Shown: positions 56,010-64,000 of the stretch, piece by piece
How the letters are laid out: each line of letters begins with the position of its first letter
Position numbering within the stretch: the first letter of the stretch is position 1
Source: Perkinsela sp. CCAP 1560/9
Lineage: Eukaryota; Protista; Euglenozoa: Kinetoplastea
Direction of reading: 5' to 3'
DNA length: 64,000 nt
NCBI GenBank assembly: GCA_965644495.1
Contig: CBFFSA010000001.1
Coordinates: 868,001 to 932,000 of the forward strand
Made by a program: the position numbers and the translations under genes
Notes under the pieces: generated by a model
The model's database searches: none
Seen by the model: only the letters and a program-made list of their open reading frames with translations
Told to the model about the DNA's origin: nothing

Positions 56010-56622
56010 CGGATGGCATAATTGTGAATTCGCTATATTTAATAAACACCGAAAATAACAATCAAAGGTGGAAATGTATTGTTCGGGGTTTAGGCGAATG
56101 GTGCTTTTCAACCCGCAACCAAACCAAACGAAAAATGTAATGGCAGGATTCGAGCACTCCTACGTATTGTACACCCCCCCCCCACGTACACGGGGTGACC
56201 GCCCCATAACACGTACACTATACTGTCGCGGGGCGCCCCCCAGTTTTAGTTTTTCCGGATTTTTGGTTTCAGATTTTTCAGGCGTGTGGTAAAAATTGGG
56301 GAAATACGCATGTTTTGCTTGATTTGCGAGTAGCACTCCTAAAGCTTTCTATTAAATTTATAGTCAGAAACTACGTTTTACCACTTTTCTTTCCAAACTT
56401 TTAATTAATTTTGATGAACGCATCTTTTCTTGTAAATTCGAGTAACCCCCACTTATGGTGCCGTTTGGCCAAAGTCCGTCGCACTATGCAGTAACTTGTA
56501 GCGTATCATATAAATTTACATGTATGAATTATACGCAAGGATGAACTGGGTATCAACTAGTGAATGTAATGATATCTTGGATTAGCAATACACAAATACT
56601 GTGTTCTACATATTTTTTTGTC

Positions 56623-58587
56623 ATGGATGAACTGGAAAACGACACGCAACTGAATCCAGCAGTACTTACAGCATGCGCTGTCGTTTTCGGTGAATTAGAA
56701 AGTCTTACTTCGGGTGCCGAAAGAATGTCCCGTGTTGCAGAAGAGAAAGTTTCAGAAGGGACAGGTGATTCACAGGATTGCATCCGGATCAACTTAGATG
56801 ACGAAAAACGCAAGATCGGAGAAATTTTATGTAAATTTTCTACTCAAGAAAAGCGAATAAAAGTGTTTTCATCCAAAGTTGCTGAACTACATGAGATGAA
56901 ATCCACTAAACTACACCTTGAAAGACTTGCTCAAATACTGAGGTTACTAAATGAAACAAAAGATTTCTTAAGCAACGATTCCATTTTTGCTGCTTCCAGG
57001 CTGCTACATGAAGTATGTCTACTATGGAAGAATATCGGAGTTTCCCAGTTTGGCGCTGACAAGATAATTAATTGGATAGAGCATACGATACGTAGTGTCC
57101 GCCAAAATATTTTACAAGCGCTAACTATGGAATTAGAAACTTGGATTAGGTATCAACGCCAAGAAGAAGAACGAATAGGTGTTGACGTTTTTGGTTCCAT
57201 ACGGGAGTCAATATCACAGGCTACAGAAAATTCGATGGTGACCAATGCAGGTGGCAGAAACAATAAAGCGCACTGCACACAGAACATTTTGATAGCACGA
57301 AACTCTTTAAGGTCCGCTTTTCGAAAGTGTTTTTTGTTTGAAGATTGTTACGAATTGTTAGATGCTCGTTCACAGCTAATAGAGTATGTACGCATGTCAG
57401 AGAGGGAGTACGCTGAACTTGTGTGTTCTACTATTACAAAAGAATTTTCCACAGATCCAGAAAAGTGTTGTCAAAAGCTATTCGGTCTTCTGTTTCGCCT
57501 TCAATGCTGGACTCAAAAGGGGTTTCGGTTTTCGCCCATTGATCTTTCATTGTTTTATTTCATTTTTGAACTTGCTGTGTTACAGCTTGAAATCACAGTA
57601 AATCTAATTCTCAGATCCCAAACTAAACGTGAGTTATTGGAAGATGCGCTGAAGTCTGCTCACATTTTTGTGAAGTCTTTAGACTTATTTATAGCAAGTA
57701 CGCCGAATATGATTATACGCACCATATTTTTCAAATTGGAAGATCACGTTCTCGCAGTACTAAGCCAAGAACTATTAGAAAAAATACAGAGTATTTTAGA
57801 GGTAGATAATAGTGTATTCTTTGCTCCTTTTCACGTGAAATCTCCCGCTGAATTTGAAACCAACATTGCCGAATCATTTTTAAACCAGCATCCTCTCTAT
57901 CCAGCTCTCTCTTTCAAGTCACAGGAAAGTACGACTGAAAATTGTTCAGATGTTGTTCGAGATGGGCTTATGCCTTTTAGCGAACACGTCGCAATGATAG
58001 GTTTACGTCTCCTCAAGTTTTTAAGCGACGTAAAGCCTCTTCTGCAATGGAACATAGATTCTGTTTTAAATCTGAGAAAGTACATAGCCAATATCTTTAG
58101 AATAATTCTTCGAGAATTGCACAAAAAGTATCGTAAAGTGGATACAACCGAGCCAACGCTACATGCGCTGCTCAGCATCAATACGTCCTTTTATTTGCTT
58201 CTTCTCGGGGGTGTGGAGTTCTATCTAATGAGAATCATCCATCCAAATAAAGACCAAAGCCCTTGCTTACTTGCTCCTGGTCCACTCTTGTCGGATGAAT
58301 TTCATCTGCTGCATACTGCAGCGAAAACGTTTCAGAATCGCGCACTTGAAAGTATTAAAAGTAAGTTAGTCAAGCGTCCGAGTACTGGATCTGTAAGTCC
58401 TCTTAGATGGTTGAAAGAAAAAACCGGTAATACTTTGCAAAGGAAATCTGTGCTTGAGAAGCTAGAGGCCTCGCTCAGTCCGATTATTCATAGGATTGGT
58501 GATCGAGCCATCGTGTCAGAGATGCGCTCAGAGTGTTTATCATTAATAGATTCTATCTATAGTGCGGACATAGATGTCAAGCCATAA
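56623..58587 (+). CDS. Exocyst Sec15/EXOC6-like helical protein (divergent)
   Basis: ELETWIRYQRQEEERIG, YELLD....IEYVR..R and PFS motifs resemble Sec15; all-helical. Confidence 0.5.
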   Translation: MDELENDTQLNPAVLTACAVVFGELESLTSGAERMSRVAEEKVSEGTGDSQDCIRINLDDEKRKIGEILCKFSTQEKRIKVFSSKVAELHEMKSTKLHLERLAQILRLLNETKDFLSNDSIFAASRLLHEVCLLWKNIGVSQFGADKIINWIEHTIRSVRQNILQALTMELETWIRYQRQEEERIGVDVFGSIRESISQATENSMVTNAGGRNNKAHCTQNILIARNSLRSAFRKCFLFEDCYELLDARSQLIEYVRMSEREYAELVCSTITKEFSTDPEKCCQKLFGLLFRLQCWTQKGFRFSPIDLSLFYFIFELAVLQLEITVNLILRSQTKRELLEDALKSAHIFVKSLDLFIASTPNMIIRTIFFKLEDHVLAVLSQELLEKIQSILEVDNSVFFAPFHVKSPAEFETNIAESFLNQHPLYPALSFKSQESTTENCSDVVRDGLMPFSEHVAMIGLRLLKFLSDVKPLLQWNIDSVLNLRKYIANIFRIILRELHKKYRKVDTTEPTLHALLSINTSFYLLLLGGVEFYLMRIIHPNKDQSPCLLAPGPLLSDEFHLLHTAAKTFQNRALESIKSKLVKRPSTGSVSPLRWLKEKTGNTLQRKSVLEKLEASLSPIIHRIGDRAIVSEMRSECLSLIDSIYSADIDVKP

Positions 58588-58973
58588 AGTAACAAGCGAA
58601 GAAAGCAAAAAGCGCTTGCACTGATGCATAATTAGAAATACGATGTCAGGTGTACATAGGGGACTGCCTTGGTGCGCTTAAACGGAAAATTGTTTTGAAG
58701 AGATTTTAAAAATGAGAGTATCTTCAGATGCAGTTTTGAAAAGCAAGTTTTTGGCGTGGAGAATGCATCAACTTCAAAAAAAGAGCCGAGCATTAGGATT
58801 TATGCTCGTTCTATTAAGTTTAATCATTGCTTGTCACACCCTGCGCATTCCCCCCTCATTTACCGATAAGGGTGCGTTTATGACAGATAAGGGTGCGGAT
58901 GCCCCCCTTTTTTTTAAGCGCACTTTTCACGGAAAACGAGGTACATACAAACATAAAGTTGAACTGAAGTTTA

Positions 58974-59151
58974 CTGTATCCCTTCCGTTTAAGAGCACCC
59001 GGTGAGACCCCCACAATTAAGTGCACAGACTTTTGAGATGTTGACTTTGGCACCGCTTCAAAATTAGTTTTATGTACTGTAGTGATTCAGACCCCCCCCC
59101 GTTTAAGCGAACTTTTGAAGAAAAACGTGGTGCGCTTAAAGAGGGGAACAG
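58974..59151. mobile_element. MITE (~180 bp) with TA target-site duplication
   Basis: TA|CTGTATCCCTTCCGTTTAAGAGCACC ... GGTGCGCTTAAAGAGGGGAACAG|TA; related motifs also at 58670-58925. Confidence 0.7.
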
Positions 59152-59410
59152 TATTTTTAAACTGCTCCTAAAGCTTATAATTGTTCTCTTTTTTGATTTT
59201 TTCTATTAAAATGCAACCACAGCTTTCGATTGTTTCTATAGGTTGTGGTTTCAAGGAACATGGAACACTGTAGTGTGCTTGTTGAACGGTGTTTGTGTGA
59301 GTTTAGAGAAACAGTTTCTTTAAAAATGTCTTATTCATGATAAAGGATTATTTGTACATTTTGGTGTAGTTTGTTTGTAGGTATTCAATATCGCTACTAA
59401 ATACACTGGC

Positions 59411-60073
59411 ATGTACAATCACGTAGGGAACCGCACACACCGTGGTACTGCATCGAGCGGATACGTCTCTCGCAATCTTGCTCATCGTAAGCGTGCAGAT
59501 GATCGCCTGAAACCAAATTATCGAGACCGTGCAGGCGACTCTTTTACTCTTGAAGAAGAATTAAATGCGGAATTGCAAGACTACGAAAAAGAGAGGGATA
59601 TCGAGAGTCAAATAGCTACCTTACGTGCAGAACTAGAAAAAGACGATGCACTGACACCGCTTGAAGTTGACAAAAAAGTGGAAGCATTTTCCTGTGAGCT
59701 TCATGAGTCCCTCAAGTGTCAAAATCAAGAATGGAACAAGGGGTCAAAACGCTCACGTAGGCATCGCGCCGACGAATTAGCCACAGCGTTTGATATTGAC
59801 AAAAATTCGTATCTTGGGGATCTTACTACCTACAATCGGGGTAGACATCCCTTTCGAGAGCGACTGCAAACTGCATTTGACGCTGAGCACTCGGAGCTGC
59901 AAAAAGAGCAGCACAAGAGGAGACGGATGATCAAACTATGGGCCAACGAGGCTTTGATTGCTCAGCTCCGCAAAGAGATATATGACGAGGAGTACACGAA
60001 GCTTATGGAACGCAAAGCGGCAAGAAGAGCTAAAAGGGACGAGAAGCTGAAACACGCGAAAGATTTTGAGTAA
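59411..60073 (+). CDS. CWC21: CWC21/SRRM2 N-terminal-like splicing factor
   Basis: MYNHVGNRTHRGTASSGYVSRNLA matches MYNGIGL.T.RGSGTNGYVQRN, followed by a cwf21-type helix (EKERDIE....LR..LE). Confidence 0.85.
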   Translation: MYNHVGNRTHRGTASSGYVSRNLAHRKRADDRLKPNYRDRAGDSFTLEEELNAELQDYEKERDIESQIATLRAELEKDDALTPLEVDKKVEAFSCELHESLKCQNQEWNKGSKRSRRHRADELATAFDIDKNSYLGDLTTYNRGRHPFRERLQTAFDAEHSELQKEQHKRRRMIKLWANEALIAQLRKEIYDEEYTKLMERKAARRAKRDEKLKHAKDFE

Positions 60074-60363
60074 TCTTGGGTGACCGTGTGGGTGTTCTCT
60101 ATCCATTTAATATACTTGTGTCTGTCACAGAAATACCTACAGACAGTATAGGTACTTGTCTCGCGCAGCACGTACAACATTCTTAATTTGTTTATGTGTT
60201 TATCCCTACAAGAAAGGATCTAAATACTGCTCCAGATTCATTTCCTTTCTGTTTTTTTTTCTGAAAGAATATGTTTGTTTTAACTTTATTTATTCTTGCC
60301 TTATTTATGCCCATGGCATTCGTAGTTCTTACTGTTTAAATCGAAAAATTAATCATAGTTTCT

Positions 60364-60981
60364 ATGAATCCTTTCATGAATAGCAGCATATCCAAGAACT
60401 CAAAATCTAGCTCAGTGGAATCAATTCACCCGGAAGTTCACCATATTTGGAAGGAAATGCATCGATTCAATGCACATTATTATGATGGCACCGGTGAAGA
60501 AAAGAAAGAATTCCTGATGTCGAAAGGAATTAATACAGACGGTGCCGAATCCTGGTGGGATTTTGCAGATGATAATGAAAACAGTAGTGAGGCATGGGGA
60601 GTACTGGACATTGAGAGCAACGCAACATATTTCTGTGATGCAGATTCTCCGTCAAGACATCACGTTGCGTCTACGAGTGGCATCACAGAAGCTGAAGAAA
60701 GAGGCTTACTAATAAAGGAACGATTCGATAATGATCAAAAAGAAGTTAACGACTCCCAGCTAAACTATGAGAACATTAAAAAGGCGACCTTGGAAAAATC
60801 TAAAGAATATTATAACAGGTTACCCTTGTCGTGCCGTCTAGTGTGGGACGCATATGAAATTCTAACAGATCCTAAACGGAGAGAACTTAGGCACCCGAAG
60901 GATAAATCAGTGGTTCAGCGCGCATGCTTGGTTGCGAAAATACCATTACGTGGTACTCTTGTTGATTCTACAAATGTATGA
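60364..60981 (+). CDS. Hypothetical protein
   Basis: 205-aa + ORF; AYEILTDPKRR resembles a J-domain C-terminal helix but there is no HPD motif. Confidence 0.6.
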   Translation: MNPFMNSSISKNSKSSSVESIHPEVHHIWKEMHRFNAHYYDGTGEEKKEFLMSKGINTDGAESWWDFADDNENSSEAWGVLDIESNATYFCDADSPSRHHVASTSGITEAEERGLLIKERFDNDQKEVNDSQLNYENIKKATLEKSKEYYNRLPLSCRLVWDAYEILTDPKRRELRHPKDKSVVQRACLVAKIPLRGTLVDSTNV

Positions 60982-61333
60982 GTGAAACAGATCGTCATCG
61001 TACTGTTGGTTCCTTGACTTGATACAGGAGGGTAAATCAGATGCTGCGGGGGGTCTAAAATTCGTAAAACTTGTCCAATTTTGGAAAACAATAGCATGTT
61101 CGAGAGCTCTCACAAAGTTTTGTGTTTTTGCGCTGTTTTCACACTAAAAGAAAGCAAAGTTGGGTACGCCACCTCTTTAAAGGCTTTTTACCGTTTATGA
61201 TTCTGTCTAATTTCGGTTACTACTTTGTACAGGGAGGAAAGAAGAAAAACTTTCCATTACAGGAGTATAGGAGTCCGTTAGTATAGGAATCAGATGTATC
61301 CTCACACGTATCGTACTCCTCTCCACCTTGATC

Positions 61334-62488
61334 ATGTCTTTTTTCTCATTGGCTGGCGGTCACCTTCTTCTAGAGGACTGTGGTGTCACAAAATTCTTAA
61401 CATTGAACCGTCCCGGTGCATTGAATGCTCTTTCTTGGTCTATGGTACGTTCCCTTCGTACTCTGTACCAAACATGGTCCACCCAGAGCCAACGCTGTGT
61501 CGTAGTCCTCCGTAGTTCCTGTCCTCGGGCTTTTAGCGCGGGTGGGGATGTCGTTGCCATCAGCACGGACACCCCGCGTGGTACCCGACCGCACTACTTC
61601 AAAGATCAGTACTGTTTGAATTACACCATTGGAACCCTCTCTCGGGCACATGCCATCCCGCATCTCGCTTTGCTGGATGGGATCACCATGGGAGGCGGGG
61701 CGGGGCTTGCGATGCATGGCTCACACCGCGTGTGCACGGAGAATACAGTGTTTGCAATGCCCGAGTGTGCGATAGGGCACTTTCCGGACTCCGGTGCAAG
61801 TCTTTTTCTTCCGCGTGTGAAGCCTTTGGCCTTGGGTCGCTGTCTTGGGCTCACGGGGCGGCGGCTGTACGGGCGTGATGTGATAACTTCCGGGTTGGGT
61901 ACTCATTTCGTGCCACGTGCACGTCTACCTGAGCTAGTTGAGTCGTTGCGTCGCGTAAAGGAGCCAGCGGAAGTGGATGGCTTGATTACAAGTTACCACG
62001 AACCTGTAAACGCTCCGACTGAGCTCCAGGAGTGGAGTCCTTCCCAATTACAATGCCTGCATCGAGCCTTTTGTGACGCACAAACCGTAGAAGATGCACT
62101 TAATGCTCTGTCCGCCGAGCCCACTTCCGAATTTGTGGATGCGATACTTCAATCACTACTTCGTAATGCTCCACTCTCAGTGAAAGTAACCTGGGAAATG
62201 TTTCGACGTGTACAGAGTCTACCTACACCACAAGAAAACTTCCGTTTGGAATATCGTCTTAGCCAAGGATTTTTATGTCGTTCACCGGATTTTGATGAGG
62301 GCGTGCGCGCTCAGTTGCGGGAAAAAACCAAAGATCCCCGTTGGGTTCCCTCTGCTTTGGCAGACGTGAGCGATACCGCAGTACAAAACTTCTTCGATAC
62401 CGTTCCTGAGGATGGTGACCTGGATGTTGACTCGCAAATGATTGATTCATCTTCACAAGACTCGAATATAGCTATATCAAAGCTATAG
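61334..62488 (+). CDS. HIBCH: 3-hydroxyisobutyryl-CoA hydrolase (crotonase family)
   Basis: LNRPGALNAL, RAFSAGGDV, DGITMGGGAGL, FAMPECAIGHFPD, DFDEGVRA.L..K..P.W. Confidence 0.93.
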   Translation: MSFFSLAGGHLLLEDCGVTKFLTLNRPGALNALSWSMVRSLRTLYQTWSTQSQRCVVVLRSSCPRAFSAGGDVVAISTDTPRGTRPHYFKDQYCLNYTIGTLSRAHAIPHLALLDGITMGGGAGLAMHGSHRVCTENTVFAMPECAIGHFPDSGASLFLPRVKPLALGRCLGLTGRRLYGRDVITSGLGTHFVPRARLPELVESLRRVKEPAEVDGLITSYHEPVNAPTELQEWSPSQLQCLHRAFCDAQTVEDALNALSAEPTSEFVDAILQSLLRNAPLSVKVTWEMFRRVQSLPTPQENFRLEYRLSQGFLCRSPDFDEGVRAQLREKTKDPRWVPSALADVSDTAVQNFFDTVPEDGDLDVDSQMIDSSSQDSNIAISKL

Positions 62489-62705
62489 AGAATTCAGTTT
62501 GTTATTAAGCTATTTGTTTATGCTTTGTCACGTTGAACGTTACATTTTCGTATCCTCGGTATTATTCGTACATTGGATATTTACAATGATCTAAATAACG
62601 CCTACTCTTCCAAATACATTCCTTCTTTTTATTCCAAATATACTAGTATTTTTCAACGAATGTTACTATCATGACTACTCAGCTGTAATCGAAAAGGTGC
62701 TCATA

Positions 62706-64000
62706 ATGGTTACGGCCTCTGTATCGCATACGAATAAATTAGAATCTCCAGAATCTCTCAAAACCCCGAATAGGCGACGCAGAACAGTTGCGAGCGACTC
62801 TCCAAACCAACCCCTCTTAAATGTTCCCGAGGAAAGAACACCCGAGACTCCCTTTTTTGAGTCTTTGCGTGTGTCACAGTCAGCTCAAAAATCCAAAGCA
62901 AGGAATGATGTACGAGGAACTCGTGGTCGCAGAAAATCTTTGGGTGACGCGATTCTGGCGATAAAAGCGGCTACTCCTGAACCTGAGAGAAAGTCCACCA
63001 GTGTTTCCTCAATATCCACAACAAAAAGTACACACCCCAATACTGACCCTCTGTGTTTTTCTGCTGAATTTCCGAAACTGGAGCCCAAATCAATGACCCA
63101 CGGAAAGGAGAAAAAACAGAAAGCATCTCCCAAAAGAGACACCAAGAAAACCCTTTCCCCTGCAAAAAGTACCACATCTCCGACCCTACGATCTACCCAC
63201 CGTAAACCCGTCCCCCACGAAGAGGACGCCGCCAGCCCTCCTCTTCTCCCCGACATCGACGCCGCCAACATCCCACTTCACGACCCCCTCACCACCTTAA
63301 CTCTACCCTCCACCTCCCCTTCCCCTCTCACCCCCTCCCCCGAAATCGTCCCCACCTCCCCCTCCTCTTCCTCCTTTGAAACCGCCCCCACCCCCCCTAC
63401 CCCTACTCTCTTCTCCACCCCCACCACCCCCTCTCCCTTCCCCCCCCATGACACCTCCACACGGCCCACCACCACCCCCCTCACCTTCTCCCCCTCCCTT
63501 GACCCCTCCAAGGTACTCCCCTGGCTCCACCAACTCGTGTCCTACCTCGACACCCTCCGTGGGAGTGACATCAAGCAACACCTGGAGGCCTACCCCCGGC
63601 AGGTGACCACCGCCGAGGAGGGAACCCCCACTCCCCGCCGGAGTCAGTCCCACGAGACCCACTTCACCGAGGATAACGTAAAGCTGAACGCGGAGCTCTA
63701 CCGAAGGCTGTTTGAGTACGGGCGGTTCTGTAGGGTGAAAGGCGTCGCGGAGGGGTGCCGGTTGGGGTACCAGGCCGCGGATTACCTGATGCAGAGTCGT
63801 ACGAGACGGGTGTATGGGACCCTATTGCGGACTCAGTTTTGGTCGTTTCTGGAGTTGCTGGAGGGGGGGACGCCGCAGGGGTTTGTGCCGCATGTGGAGC
63901 GGTGCTGGGCAAGGAAAACGAGGTTTGGGATTAAGCTGAGCGCGAGTACGGAGAGAGAGGTGCATCATGTTTTGAATATTACGTACCTGTATGAGTGTGT
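62706..64000 (+). CDS. Hypothetical protein running off the window end (not in the supplied ORF track)
   Basis: Manual translation from ATG 62706 (MVTASVSHTNK...) shows no stop to the window end: Ser/Pro/Thr-rich N-terminus, then a globular segment (LPWLHQLVSYLD..LYRRLFEYGRFC). Confidence 0.75.
   Translation, partial: MVTASVSHTNKLESPESLKTPNRRRRTVASDSPNQPLLNVPEERTPETPFFESLRVSQSAQKSKARNDVRGTRGRRKSLGDAILAIKAATPEPERKSTSVSSISTTKSTHPNTDPLCFSAEFPKLEPKSMTHGKEKKQKASPKRDTKKTLSPAKSTTSPTLRSTHRKPVPHEEDAASPPLLPDIDAANIPLHDPLTTLTLPSTSPSPLTPSPEIVPTSPSSSSFETAPTPPTPTLFSTPTTPSPFPPHDTSTRPTTTPLTFSPSLDPSKVLPWLHQLVSYLDTLRGSDIKQHLEAYPRQVTTAEEGTPTPRRSQSHETHFTEDNVKLNAELYRRLFEYGRFCRVKGVAEGCRLGYQAADYLMQSRTRRVYGTLLRTQFWSFLELLEGGTPQGFVPHVERCWARKTRFGIKLSASTEREVHHVLNITYLYEC

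Noticed and set aside
60364-60981. DnaJ/J-domain call
   Set aside because: Only the AYEIL.DP..R helix resembles a J domain; the HPD motif is missing.

Overview
Eukaryotic protist DNA with kinetoplastid-like organisation. About 24 intronless protein genes all lie head-to-tail on the + strand, several preceded by pyrimidine tracts (a polycistronic, trans-spliced style of cluster). A Perkinsela-like or other early-branching kinetoplastid is my inference, not something the window proves. Recognisable genes: YceI-like, SLC35F/DMT transporter, rhodanese-like, MCM4 (split by a 1-nt frameshift), a large LOG-family protein, SRAP/HMCES, LRR, RRM protein, CNOT9/Rcd1, glucosidase II beta, Trm10, NMD3, SYF2-like, RAD16-like, Sec15-like, CWC21 and HIBCH. 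The only supportable minus-strand coding sequences are two decayed DNA transposases (hAT-like and PIF/Harbinger-like). Intergenic DNA holds TA-flanked TIR elements, perfect hairpins and a palindromic 27-bp satellite. Two highlights: (1) two adjacent giant genes share a triplicated, apparently uncharacterised helical + Cys/His + CCHC zinc-knuckle module, one tail-anchored and the other fused to a degenerate TUTase-like domain and TPRs; (2) recurring ~1 kb islands in which the + strand flips sharply from C-rich to G-rich, overriding codon usage and gene boundaries, which could mark replication origins or another strand-asymmetric process.
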